Of a stretch of 64,000 nucleotides of DNA, positions 32,473 through 47,300 are shown piece by piece. Origin of the DNA: Antedon mediterranea. Its lineage: Eukaryota > Animalia > Echinodermata. Under the pieces are notes generated by a model that was not told the DNA's origin, searched no databases, and saw only the letters and a program-made list of their open reading frames with translations. The position numbers were made by a program, and so were the translations under genes. How positions within the stretch are numbered: the stretch's first letter is position 1; each line of letters starts with the position of its first letter. Location of the stretch: positions 1,612,001 through 1,676,000 of the forward strand of contig NC_092672.1 of NCBI RefSeq assembly GCF_964355755.1. The letters run 5' to 3'.

Positions 32473-35266
32473 GGTGTCAGATGAAATCGGTCGCGTCTGA
32501 AATCGGTCGCGTTTGAAATCGGTCGCGATAAAATCAACTTCCGGCATTTTGTATGGCGCGCCGCTAGAGCTATACGTTTAATGATATCGGTCGCGTTTGA
32601 AATCGGTCGCGCTATTTTGCATGGGACGCACTAGATACATTTTAAATGTAAACGCTATTATGTTTTTAGTTAATTTTGAATATAGAATTTCTAATACTAT
32701 TAACAATTGTTTTACCTCGATCGTTATTATTTTTTTACTACAGTAAATATAAATATTATCTCATTATTTATAAATAATTTGTGTTTTCATTTTATCTTAC
32801 GTCAGGTGTCAATGAATAATTGTAATGTGTTTAGAAAATCGTTTTAAAAAGTGTTATTGAATATTGTTTAAGTTTTTGAAAAGATTAACATGCCACTGTT
32901 TAAAGTTTTAATAATGTTGAAATAATTTAATATTAAACAATTAGACGCGCCTATTGCGTATTTTTTAATCGCAGTTAATAATACGAAACTAGTTTTATAT
33001 CTGCAAGTGGATACCAGCTCAATGAGGTTTATGCAATAAAGGAAGATGATGTATGATGATGATTTTTACGTTCGATTTCCGCCACTCTTACGTGAGCATG
33101 GTTTTAGGATAATACTAATAAAATAATATGCCGTTATAAATCAATCTACAGGGCCTATACTATGACTATCTGTACAATGATAGGCCTAGATGTGAGAATA
33201 ATAATGGATGGATATTAAAAGGTGGGCACGATTCTCAAAGAGGTAATCTTGCACTGATATTTTAAACATTTAGATGTACGAACGGCGTACGGATGTGAGA
33301 CACTGAGTGGTACTTATATTATTTACATTAAAGTGATTATTATAAATGAAGAAATATTCAAATTAAAAACTATAGTATCGCCGACGTATATACGTAAATT
33401 ATATACATCGTTTCACCATGGATGTTTCAAACGTATGGTTAGTAATAGGCCTATACGTCATCTTTACATGGCCATGGACAACGATCGTCGTACGTGTTTT
33501 GTCCATGATTTGACACACTAGTGCGTGTTTTTTTAAGGGGAATCCCCGTCAGCAAAATAACGTGCAGTTAACGTCGTCTGCACGATCATAGAAGGCGCAT
33601 CCACGTTATGGCCTATTTCGGGGTTTATTTCAGTAACTCGTCTTTTAACGACCCGCATATAATAATCATTTTTACTAGAAACTATTTTAGGCCTAAACAT
33701 TAGAAATAAAAATATACACGTGATTTTCCTCAACAATAATCATTATAGGCCTCTACTTAATCCTACATAACGTACGGACATAAATAAAATAGAAATTAAA
33801 ATAAGGTGGTCCAATATATGATATATCTGCCACATTATGCATAAGTATAAAAATGGATACGCTGGCTTTACGGGTTATACATTGTAACGTTTATTGTTTT
33901 TAAATAAATTGTTCTCTTTTACGTAATTGTTTGCATAATACTGTATTACTAAAAGACACAGACGTATATTCTCTATACAGTATAATATATTAATTACAGT
34001 ACATATAATAAAATAGAGGTAAATTATTATATGCCTAATAAAATATTTAAACGTGTTTAGAAATGGCCATTTTGAAAAGACACGGTCCTTCTCCGAGACC
34101 TGTGAAATAAAAAAAAATGATTGATAATAAATATTATTAACCAAAATAAAAAATATCCACATAAATAATCTGGTTCCTAAAAAATATCAATTAAATCTAG
34201 ACTATATAAACGAAGAAAATGTAAATCCCGCTAGCATGCATCTCGCTCCATACAAAATAGCGCGACCGATTTCAAGGGCGACCGATTTCAAACGTATAGC
34301 TCTAGTCTGGGCTCCAGACGGAGTTTTTTCTTAATATTAGTAAAAATATAAATATTTTTGCACATATGGCGTTTCATACGTGTATTACTTGAGTTTGGAT
34401 ACTCCGTCTGGGGAAACACGCAAAAGTCACGTGGTTTGACACCAAGAATTCTTGGTGCATAGATTATCCGGTTGACTAGTTTCAGCTGCATGCGATTGGC
34501 TACTCACTCGTACACCATTTTAATATTCATATTTCAGAATTTCAAAGACTCAACAACTAAGATGGTACGCATGAGCTATGTTACGTTTAGACAGTGTACT
34601 TGGGTACAGGATTTTATATGGATCATTTAATATTACGCGGAGATAATTTGATTTAATTCCCACCCAGACCCTGTCCTGTTCTGTGTAGTGTGGTGTAGCC
34701 CTGTGTTGTGTGTGAATCCTGTTGTGTGCCGGTGGTGGTATTATGTAGGCCTACCTTATTGGCGTTTTATTTGGCAGGTCATACGTGCGAGTTGAGTAAG
34801 ACCTACGAAGGAGACCTAGACTAAGGACTAAACAATTAATAAACAAAACTTGGCAACACGATTTCATATTTCAACACGAGCCTCGAACTCGATCGTACAT
34901 TCAGCACTGTACGTAGGCCTACTCGATCTTTTTCATTTTGAAACAAAATGATCATTGGTTGATTCGAAATCCATATTTACATACCGCCCGCCCCATATAG
35001 CCAAATACGGTATGATAACCTACGTCATTCTTATCGGATGTTTGCGGTCTGCAAATCGATTTCTATACGTGTTTCACAAGTCTGTATTTTCAGACAAAAA
35101 TCGCGGTCGAAATAAAAACAAATAAATAAAATAAAAAAACAATACAGACTTGGGGCAAGTCTAGTATAGCTCTAGCGGCGCGCCATACAAAATACCGGAA
35201 GTTGATTTTATCGCGACCGATTTCAAACGCGACCGATTTCACACGCGACCGATTTCATCGTAAACC
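32473..35266. mobile_element. Foldback-type non-autonomous DNA transposon
   Basis: 8-bp TSD GTGACTAG. Long TIRs with repeated GAAATCGGTCGCG and the block TTCCGGCATTTTGTATGGCGCGCCGCTAGAGCTATAC. Confidence 0.88.
34303..35163. mobile_element. Academ-like non-autonomous element inserted in the right TIR of the foldback element
   Basis: 9-bp TSD GTATAGCTC, TAG...CTA termini, and a short hairpin at each end (GTCTGG-GCT-CCAGAC; AGACTTG-GGG-CAAGTCT). Confidence 0.7.
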
Positions 35267-35523
35267 GTGACTAGCCTACCTGGCACCTAACTAACGTGAC
35301 AATTATGAACACATCAATGGTTATCTTTCCACCACACACACAGCAGCCAGCCAGAGGGCGTACCATGCACACTTTTCTCCCTTTTCTACCCTACAAAAAC
35401 TGGAGAGTCGGAGGAGGGACGTGTGAATTCTAACTAGGCTAGCCTAGTTTAGTAGCCTACTACTATCTAGGCCTGGGCCTAGATGACCTCAATTTCTTAT
35501 CAGAAGCTAGTACTACTAGGCCT

Positions 35524-36124
35524 AGGACATTTTGCCGAATGCTATTAAGTTCGTCGACAGTCATTTAGCCGACAGACATTTTTAGCCGACCGGTCATTTA
35601 GTCGACAGGATATTTGGTCGACAGGACATTTCGCCGACAAGACATTTTGCCGACAACTATTTCGCCGACAACTATTTCGCCGACAGACAATTAGCCGACA
35701 GACAACTGGCCGACAAGACATTTCGCCGACAACTATTTCGTTGACAATGACATAGGATATATTGCCGAATTGACATTACGAATTATTAACACTTACATCT
35801 ATGAAACAAATAGGCCTATGTTTTAATTTTATATTTTGTTGAGAATTCGTTGTTCTTTCACGTTACGAGACCGTAATGCAATCGTTTTAAATTCAATTCA
35901 AAACTCGTACATACAAAATTTCGGCGGTTTCCTATTGTCAAAGTGTCTTGTCGGTCAAATGTTTGTCGGTCAAATGTCTGTCGGTTAATTGTCTGTCGGC
36001 TAAATGGTTTTCGGCGAAATGTCCTGTCGCCGAAATGTCTTGTCGGCGAAATGTCCAGTCGGCGAATAGGCTGTCGGTCAGTGGTCTGTCGGCGAAATGG
36101 CTTTCGGCAAAACGTCCCGTTACC
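35524..36124. mobile_element. Foldback MITE remnant with TTTCGCCGACA subrepeats
   Basis: ACATTTCGCCGACA-type units at 35524-35770, inverted units at 35945-36120. No clear TSD. Confidence 0.7.
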
Positions 36125-36134
36125 GATCAGAATT

Positions 36135-36905
<771 letters not shown>

Positions 36906-37177
36906 TCATTATGTAAAGAAGTATTTGTGCTGAGTAAAGTTGAGCCTAACCTAAATTGATTCTACCCAGCTTATATTTCACATACCAACTTAAGTCTGTT
37001 AACCTAGACTTACCTACCACTTTCACTGTTTGGAACACACCATCATGTTTAGAGAAATATCCTAACATGTTCGTAATGAATTTATAGCAGTACAACTTTG
37101 CCACCAACTTTATACAAGCTATTTAAATAATAAGGTGGTAAGATAAATTGTTTTGTATTCAACTATGTTTATTTTAG

Positions 37178-40100
37178 AGAACTAAAGACGTACCAATCTG
37201 CCAACAGACTTCTACTTACTGGTACCCCACTTCAAAACAACTTGTCTGAGTTGTGGTCTATGCTAAACTTCTTACTACCAGAAGTGTTTGATGATCTACA
37301 AACGTAAGTATAAATTGTTATCAATTTGAATCCGGTCCTGCTCCAGTTGAGGTTCGCAACAGATTGTTCGTCATACAGCATTAGTTACTTTTTGTTTTCA
37401 TGATGCGGCATGCAGTTATAAAAGATTGGCACATGGCGTGTTGTGAAAACAACATGCAACGCAATTTTTATTTTCTGGAGCATGTGTGAAAGGAAAATAT
37501 GTCAATCACTGCCCACCAAACAATTTCCCTCTGTAAACTGATGTGGATATAAATTTCCTTTATCTTATTTTTCAGGTTTGAATCCTGGTTTGATTTTAAT
37601 TCCTTTACAAGTCATGAAGAGGAAGAAGCCATTGTAGCTAAGGAGAGAGAACAACATGTTATATCCATGATGCACCAGGTACTGCCAACAAATCAGTTAA
37701 TAGTTTCTTAGATCAAAAACGAAGGGAACGGTAATTAACAGAGCGAGACGCCATAAACTTTGCATTAAATCAACCAATTATAGTCCCGATGAGAACGGAA
37801 CAGATTATACTGGACTTTAATGCATGCACAGATCAATGTTGATATTTTCTGTGGGTAATTTTATTCTGTATTAAAGCTGTTTGTATCTTATAGATTCTTA
37901 TGCCATTTTATTACGACGCTTAAAATCAGATGTTGACCTGACAATACCTTCAAAGAAAGAGATCATTGTAACTCAACAAGAATTCTACGCATCAACTCTA
38001 GACAGGTCAATTATTGATAAGGTCAAACCCAAGGTAAGAACAGTGCATCATGTGCCATGGCTCTGTTTTAATCAACCTAGCTGCCTACAAGCCAGAGTGT
38101 CTAGGGGTAGTTAACATGAAATTAGAAAATAAATGAGGCGTGATTCTGCAGCTGAGAAATTGCAGTAAGAATTAGCCAATGATTGGTTGATAACTAAAAG
38201 TTAAAAAATCGAGTCCTGATGCCATACTTTCTATAGTTTGTTTAGGTGCCTTATGTTATTAAGTTCCAAATAACTATTGAAGTGTTTATAAAAAGAATGT
38301 TGTTGTTATTCATCTTGCCATCCTTTTGTTCAACAGAAAAAAGAAGAGGTAACATTGACCCCAAAAGGTCGACCCAAGAGAGGATGCTCTAAAAATGTTG
38401 ACTACTCCATTGTATTTAATGAAACTGAGGAATCTGATGATGTTGAAGATTGGTACAAAAAGATTAGAGACACATTAGTCTTTGTAGTATGGTGTTGGTT
38501 GGTGTCTTATAATATCCTGTAAGAGGGTGTCCCTGTCCACCAGTACAACATCCATGAATACATTACTTTATACCCCTTTTATTATTTATTTCAGAGAACC
38601 AACTGCACCAGGTGAGACTCCATCAAATACAGAATCAGTAGTTAATATTAAGCTTCAAAACATTGTAATGCAACTAAGAAAATGTTGTAACCATCCTTAC
38701 CTACTGGAATATCCACTTGACCCGGTCACGCAACAGTTCAAAGTTGATGAGGATCTTGTCAAGTCATGCGGAAAGCTTTTAGTGTTGGAGAAGAAGCGTG
38801 GACACAAGGTATCAATCGTAAATATTCATGTTAGTTTAAAAGAATGTAATAAGTTAATGAAATTGGCAATTGGTACCAGATTATTTTATGAAACCATCTG
38901 AATTATATGTCTGTTTGTCTGTAGGTCCTGATCTTTTCCAAGATGACCTCAATGTCTGATATATTTGTTTGTTTGTCTGTTGTAGGTCCTCATCTTTTCC
39001 CAGATGACCTCAATGCCTGATCTGTTTGTCTGTAGGTCGTCATCTTTCCCCAGATGACCTCAATGTCTGATATGTTTGTCTGTTTGTCTGTAGGTCCTGA
39101 TCTTTTCCCAGATGACCTCAATGTCTGATATGTTTGTCTGTTTGTCTGTAGGTCCTGATCTTTTCCCAGATGACCTCAATGTCTGATATGTTTGTCTGTT
39201 TGTTTGTAGGTCCTTATCTTTTCCCAGATGACCTCAATGTCTGATATGTTTGTCTGTTTGTTTGTAGGTCCTCATCTTTCCCCAGATGACCTCAATGTCT
39301 GATATATTTGTTTGTTTGTCTGTTGTAGGTCCTCATCTTTTCCCAGATGACCTCAATGTCTGATATATTTGTCTGTAGGTCCTCATCTTTTTCCAGATGA
39401 CCTCAATGCTTGACATACTTGAAGATTACTGCCACTTAAGAAACCACAACTACTGTCGTCTAGATGGCAGCATGGCTTTTGCTGAGAGACAACAACCAGG
39501 TAAGCACCCGCATGGTGAAGATGAAGAAATTTAGAATTATTTGGAAGAACTTGTAAATATAAATGATACTGAATTAAGATGATAAACTCATTCTGATTTT
39601 AGCTACTTCTGCTGTATTATGTTAATTAGTATTATGAATATTTTTGCTGATAGAGAAAAGATGGAAAATGTGTTTGTCTTAATTTTTACCAAATTATCTT
39701 TAATATCAGTTGGTTGTAGCAGCCACAAAACATGTTTGTTTTTCTCAATTATTCAAAATTAGTGGAAGAAAGTTGTGTTATTATCTTTCTCAGATTAGTA
39801 ATTTCAGCAATGATCCTGATTATTTCATCTTTCTGTTCAACAAGAGCTGGTGGGTTAGGCATCAACTTGACAACAGCTGACACAGTCATTATACGATTTA
39901 CTCACAGATTGCAATATAATTTTTTTTTGCGCACTTTTTGCACTCAAGCGCATGATAGTGAAAGAATAAAGAGCGCACATGTGACTTATTTCAGCACGTC
40001 TTATTGGCAACATCCTTGAACCCATGTTTTAATAATTAGTCACAATCTTGTGGTGTAATGTTTGTTTTAGTGTAGTGACTTTCAATACATTGTAAAGTAG

Positions 40101-40716
40101 CATTTATAGTTATATTATAGAATCCACAGTCAGATCTACAAGCCCAAGATAGATGCCACAGAATTGGTCAAGAAAAGCCAGTGGTTGTGTACAGGTTAGT
40201 GACCATTAACACCATTGACCAGAAGATAGTGGAGAGAGGAGCTGCAAAGAGGAAGCTGGAGAAGATGGTCTTTCATCAAGGTCAGTTTTGTCTTTCACAC
40301 CTCCCTAAAAACCCTCCTGAACAATAAACGCCGGATAAATACATTAAATTAATCATATTGTTTTATAGACTTGTACAGTGGTATGCAAACTTCTAGGCAT
40401 TGATTGTTCTCATTCATTTAAAAAATTCATTATCTTATTTTGTTTTTAGGTAAATTCAAAGGCAGTAAAACTATGGTGAGAGAAGCTGTGATGGATCCCA
40501 TGGAACTACTAAAAGTGTTACGCTCCACTGATCACTCTGGCATTATCAAAAACTGTAAACAACAAGTCATCAGCGACGATATTGGATCGCAGCGACCTTG
40601 TTAAGAATAACGCGGGAAAGAAATTGAAACCAGTAAAGGAGAATGAAGCGTTTAAGGTTCTGGAATCCTGCGATGAGAATGTCATGGAGTTAAAGATCTC
40701 AGCTAGAGAAGGATAA
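37178..40716 (+). pseudogene. HELLS: 5'-truncated duplicated HELLS pseudogene
   Basis: Copies of exons from 5704 onward. Lesions: 1-nt deletion near 37906, ~18-nt deletions near 37970 and 38790, donors deleted near 38476 and 39892, +1 near 39496, -2 near 39836, and deletions in the last exon. Lacks the Walker A/B exons. Confidence 0.92.
38905..39408 (+). repeat. Acceptor-plus-exon-start repeat, 9 copies in the pseudogene
   Basis: TGTTTGTCTGTAG|GTCCTCATCTTTTCCCAGATGACCTCAATG, about 50-61 bp period. There are 4 copies at 7875-8087. Confidence 0.9.
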
Positions 40717-40934
40717 CTAACCTGTCTTCAACAATCTATTACAAGTTTGATCTCTGCATATTCATTCAATTCTCCATCAAGATATCCACATCAAATACAT
40801 GGCTCCTGGCTTTAAATTTACTACAGTACTGGGTTCACATACTGTATACCCAATATTGCACAAATTGAAATCTGGGATTGTTAATGGTATTTATGACATT
40901 TATTTCTATGCAAGTAGTTACTGTTGTTTTCTTC

Positions 40935-41245
40935 ACTGCACAGTGTTCAGGTTTAAACTATTGTTAACACCAAGTGTTATTACAAGTCAGCACATTGTTC
41001 AGGTTTAAACTATTGTTAACACCAAGTGTTATTACAAGTCAGCACAGTGTTCAGGTTTAAACTATTGTTAACACCAAGTGTTATTACAAGTCAGCACAGT
41101 GTTCAGGTTTAAACTATTGTTAACACCAAGTGTTATTACAAGTCAGCACAGTGTTCAGGTTTAAACTATTGTTAACACCAAGTGTTATTACAAGTCTGCA
41201 CAGTGTTCAGGTTTAAACTATTGTTAACACCAAGTGTTATTACTC
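40935..41245 (+). repeat. 52-bp tandem repeat, about 6 copies
   Basis: Same unit as 10985-11135. Confidence 0.9.
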
Positions 41246-42242
41246 TTACAACAAAAGAAAATCAAAGTCTGTACACAAATATATCTCAAAATTAAGTAGC
41301 ACCTTTAATTATTCCAATCTACAAATGGTAATCCATAACTTATAAACTTTAAATTTATTTTATACAGAATTATATTTCACTATTTCTACATCATATAGAA
41401 AAAATATTTCTACATCAAAAAATATATTTAAAAACACAGCAATGAAACTAAATGCAAAATTCATTGATATTAAACTATATTATATAATGTCTTCATTGTT
41501 TGATTTTTGTCATTTTTAGTTTTACAAATTCTACTACAACTTTGTTCTGTTGTTGTTACTGTGCCAAAGACATCTCATAATATGTTTATTTGTTAATATA
41601 ATTTCTAATTACGTTTTCATTTAATAAAACTGCTTTTGATAACAAATTACGTTTCATCATTATGTTCATGTTATGTTTTGTAGTTTCAAGTTGTACCACT
41701 TTACTTTTAGTATTTAACCATCCAACCTAATTATAAAGAGTTGTATTAATTACATTTAATATAATATTATCACATAATTACTTTAAAACACGCACAACCA
41801 ATTCTATACAATATATCAAGTAAAAAACATTGCATTATTATAAAAGAATCATTTTCAATAAATATGGCAGCACAGCTTATAAAGATTATAATGAATAAGA
41901 AACAAACATTCTTGTTTATCTGCATGCTACAGCTGTTAATAATTATTACTTGCGTTGCTAGTGTGCCGCGTGCGGAAGTACGCGCGCGCGCTCCGTCGAT
42001 GAAGGTAAGTATGGCAAAATAAAATGTTTAAAAACATTTTATAAAAGCTAATGTTTTAGATTATCATATTGATTTAATCTACTATACGATTTATATATAA
42101 AAGGTCGTTTTTATATTGAATACAAATTTAATGTTAGAAATGCAATTATTTGCGATATTAAAAATTGACACCTGCTTGCTGCGAGATTTAAAAATGTGTT
42201 TGTTATATAGTAGAAGTAACATACGTTATCAGTGAAAACTAA

Positions 42243-44395
42243 CTAATGAACAAATGTAATATTTCTTATTGAACACTTTTCAGACACGTGATCAATGACG
42301 TCAGCTGATAGATTGCAATCACTCATGTAAAGCCACCCCAGCTCAGGACACATAATGAGTAATGAAGACAATGAATTAACATCAATGTTGTGAAGGTTAT
42401 TACCAGAGATATAGAGATCACGTAATGCTAATTGAACTTGTTTGAGAGAACATTCTGTACCCAAGTGATTGATGACGTCAGCTGATAGATTGCAATCACT
42501 CATGAAAAGCCCCTCCAGCTTAGGACACATAATGAGTAATGAAGACATTGAATTAACATCAATGTTGTGAAGGTTACTATCAGAGATAGTGAGATCACGT
42601 AATGCTAATTGAACTTGTTTGCGAGAACATTCTGATACAAAGTCATGAAATACATCACGTGATAGATTCTCAATCCAAACATTGTTACATTTACCTTCAA
42701 TGCCTAAAATGTGTGCAATAACTCTTCCCTTTCGCTCCAATGCCATCTTACTACAAAAGTCACTGACACTATGCCGATCATATTGCATACAATACAATTG
42801 CATAATTAGACGTATAAAATGCCCATCACATTGTACACCTGGACTAATGTAATCAATAAACATTCTTATGGAGGTAGATATATCATCCAAATGATTATTT
42901 ATTTCTAAATCTTTGCTTGTCATGTGATTAATTAATTCATTTATCACAGCATCTTTATGTTGTTTTTTAACAAAGTTTAAATTTCTCGGCAGATAGCGAT
43001 ATGTTGACAAACGATTTGTAACCCAGTGCTTGAGGAAACCGCCAGCTTTATCACCAAGGAAACCAATTGCAAACTCTGTCGCTCTGTATAAATGCTCACT
43101 CTCTCGTATCACCTCCCACTCATCATCATCCAATGGTGTAAATAATGTTCGTACATCTGAGCACTCATTCTTAATACCTTCACTTTCACATAATTTGCAC
43201 AAGTAAAATCCCACCAATGACTCTACTATCAACTTGTGAGGAGGCATAAAAATGTTATCAAAATTCGATTTTAAAATCGGTGGTTCTTCGTAAACAAATC
43301 CAAGTTTCACGGACAAATCAACCAAATCTTTAGTCGTATGTTTATCATTCAAATCTTTCATGTTTATTGAAAGTTGGTTTACTTTCAAGCTATCATACAT
43401 ACATTTGCCCAACAAAATCATAGCATTTACATGCTTTGCTGGTGTGTCTTCAAATTTAGAAAGCTTGGCGAATTGTTCTTGTTTGTTGAACTGATTCAAA
43501 ATAGTACGAAATATTTCTTTAAAAAGTTCAGCTTTATCTTTAGGAAGGCTTTGACTGCCTTCCCATATCAAACAGATTGAACAAAGCAGCATTGGATTTT
43601 TGCACATTGCATACGCTTCAGGATGTTTTCTCCAATAATAATAATAAGCCCGATAAGTGTCAATATCCAATTCGTTTCTAAGGGATTTTCCCAATTGTGG
43701 TTGTTCAAAATACTCAAAATGTTTGTCAATGTACTTTCCTATGCTCTCGTTGTTGAACCCATTAACTCTTACATGTACGTCACATGCTTCTACGAATTTA
43801 TCTATGTTTTCTGATCGTGAAGTAAGTATTACGGAACTGTTTTTTAAGTTGTTCTTTTTGAACAGACTAAGTACGCTTGGATTATTAAATCTTAATTCAT
43901 CTAACCCATCGAGAAGCAGTACAATTTTATCGTCATGGGTCTTTAGAAAATTTTTAATTAACTCTGGATTTTGTGGAAGTTTCGTGTGCCTGCTAAACTC
44001 TGTCATATCAATTTGCTTTACAATTAAACCTAAGACATCTTTGTCTAAATCCCGTACACTTAAAAGAAATACAATTTTACCTTCAAATGCTTTAATCGAT
44101 TGAGTAGCCGTAGCCCAGTTGTATGATAAATGCCTTAATATGGTAGTTTTACCTATCCCACCCTCCCCATCTATAAGAGCTCTACATCCAGGTGTGGAGC
44201 TGATAACATCTACCACTTCTGTTAATGTTGTTGGTTTGCAGTCTTTATTCTTTTTAGATTCTTTGCGTAGTTCCAAATCAGTGAACATCTGCGAAATGTC
44301 AACACTGTATCTACCACGCATTGTTGCTGGTGTAAATATACTGGCCTGGCTGCACAATTCCTTTTGTCTTTGAAGCAGATATTCTTCAATCTTGT
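42243..44395 (-). CDS. NACHT + LRR exon of NLR copy 2
   Basis: ORF 42243-44549. Same Walker A GEGGIGKTT and Walker B LLLDGLDE. Two 59-aa double-LRR units. Confidence 0.95.
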
Positions 44396-47300
44396 CTAGA
44401 TACGAAGAAAAATGGCAACAATATTTAGTTAATACATTTATTTTATTTAATAAGGGCCTTGCAATAGTAATACAATAAGTGAGTGCCGCGCCGAAGTGTA
44501 ATAAACCAAGTAAATAATATAGAGGGCGACAAACACAATTTATTATCAATCAGAAAGAAACTCTGTTAAACGACTGGTGGTCGCCAGCAAATTGTAACAA
44601 CCGTTAACATGTAGAGCAATCCACCGCTTATATGGTAAAACCTCCAGCTAATGTGGTCATTGATGCCGGATGGTCGCTTATAGGAAGAAAGCAAGGCGGT
44701 CGCTTTTTTTTAAACAAAGGTTCAATTTTGTAAAAAATATAATAATTCTATGCTGTCAATAGTAAAACTACATAGCGTGAGGCAATTTCGTTTCTCCATT
44801 AACTGTTGACTGTTCTACATAAGCTGTGTGTGTTTCTACTAGCTGGAAGTTTTACTAAAGCTGATTTTTCTAGATTCACTGTTTACGACATTAGCGTTGT
44901 AACACGCATATATTCATTTTTTTTGTAGGTGAAATAAAAAATGAGTTGTACAGTAGTATAACAAAATAATATTTTCCAGCATCTCGGTACAACTTTTGTT
45001 CTTAATACGAAAGCAATAACAAATAATAGAAATAATAGAAAATGCGTTCAAAGTTATAGTTTTAACATTTAATTTTAATAGGAAAAGTAAAAATTAAATA
45101 AATTTGCTTTTATTGAAAATTTAAATATTGCACGCGTGTACGAATTAATATAATTTAAAACCTTGCCATTTATCCTAAATTAAAATAATTGGTAATTATC
45201 GTGGAGCTGCTGTTGTAAACACACGTTTGCAATAATATCATTGATATTACGTATTCTATTCTTTGGTCTTTCGTGAAAAGAGTTAAATGATACGACCCAG
45301 GGTATGACATTGGTTTTTTTTAAATGCATGTATGTTAATAGGTTAAAATGCTATTTGTAGCAGTAAGATGTTTCTGATTGAAACTGAATTCACAATTATC
45401 TACGTCATAATCACATTTATTTATGATTATCCTCAATGTTATGCCAATTGGCATGATACAATTGTGCATTTAGGTCTTAATGCTGTATCTATGAAAATAA
45501 AAGGAATTATAGAGGGCGGCAAACAGAATATAGCATTAATCAGAACGAAATTTTAACAATGTTATTTGAACTAAGATGATTGTAACTACAGTACATGAAA
45601 TATTACGGTGAATTACTATTTTTTGGTGTGACATGTTGTTTCTTTTTATTTTTAAATACCATACAATTCTCTACGTCATAATCACATTTATTTATGATTA
45701 TCCTCAATTTTATGCCAAATGGCATATACCATTGTCCATTTATAGGCCTCAATAAATGCTGTATCCATGAAAATCAAAGGGATTATAGAGGGCGGCATAC
45801 ATAATATATTATCAGAGCCATATATATAAATTTATATATATGGCTCTGTATATTATTAATCAGAACGAAATTTTAACAATGTTATATATTTGACGGTGAA
45901 TTACTATTTTTGAATGTGATTACAAAATCTCATTCAATGTTTTATGAAGACATTTTATTTTCAAATTGATTATGGTTTATAATGAGCAAGACGATGAGAT
46001 TTTATTAATCATTCAATCTTTTTTATCTCGGAATCTCTTGTCCATAGAAAGTAATATAAATTAATTGAAAATAAAAATTACTACTACTCATCTCATATTT
46101 TTAATACATTAAGATTAAAGAATGTTTGAAATGTAGTATGAGGCCAAGTATACACTTTCAAATTTTCCCATATATATTATATTGTTGTTTATTTTTTCGC
46201 CAATATCAGAAACTTTAATCACACACTTTAAGGTTAATGAAGTTATTGTTGCAACTTTCCTTTTGTCATTGAATTGTAGTATAGGCGGAATTATAGAGGG
46301 CGGCAAATACAAATTTTAATCCATCGGAAGGCGTGACAATAAAGGGCTGGAAACAGAAAACTAAACTTATCACAAGTCTGACAAAAAATTTCAGGGCCGT
46401 ACATTCTAAGTTTTAGTGTATTAAAAGTAATAAAATCCTCCCAAATCATTTCTTGCCAGTTACAGTTGTAGAATTCTTAATTCCGCTCCAATAACAATGT
46501 GTCATGTCCCGCCGAGAGCATTCAGAGTGTGCAATTTTTATGATGAGGAACCTGCACAGATTTCTGATTATCTTGTAACGGTTTGTCTATACTGTAGTTG
46601 GTAAGAACGTAATTGTAACTTGTTGTGAAGTTCACATTGTTTAGTAGTTTCGTAGTTTTTGTAGAAATGTATTCTTTTTATGTTTCTTGTTTATTTGTCA
46701 AGGAGGGCAACTGACCTCCCAAAATAAATCATAGAGGTAAAATATAGCATTTTGACCCCCACAAATGTTAAAGGTATTTATTTTCAACATAGTCTTAGCT
46801 CTTTTTGCTCAACAGTACAGACATGCAAGTCCAAGACAGCCTTTACGATAATATATAATAGGCTAATCTAGAACGTTTTAATGCAAAAAGTATTTTTAAG
46901 TAACTTGGCCTCTGAAAATAATTTGGTCGCCGGGCTATGTGGCTATTCGTGTCTGCGCCCTATCTCCTATTTAACAAGGCCATATAGATGGCTGCAGTCG
47001 CGTGCTCATTAGTGTTTACCGACCGACCTACCAACTGACCGAAATTACTGAACATGTTTAAAAATGTTGAAATGTTTAAAAACATTTATATTTTTTAAAC
47101 TTACACGTGCGTAGCCTGTCACTTTTGACGTGCTCGTATAACGTAATTTCGAGTTGAAAAGTAAGTCAAGAAAACAGAAATCGGGCAAAACATTTAACGC
47201 GCAGCTTCGCACTCATCGCAAATTTGTAAACGCTTAAAATTGCCTGAAACGTACTCTTATTTCATCGAAAATAAATTTTGAAAACTTTAAGCACGCGTAC

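Noticed and set aside
44396-44549. N-terminal extension of the 768-aa ORF
   Set aside because: Lies upstream of the conserved acceptor, and the homologous region in copy 1 is not open in frame, so it is intronic.
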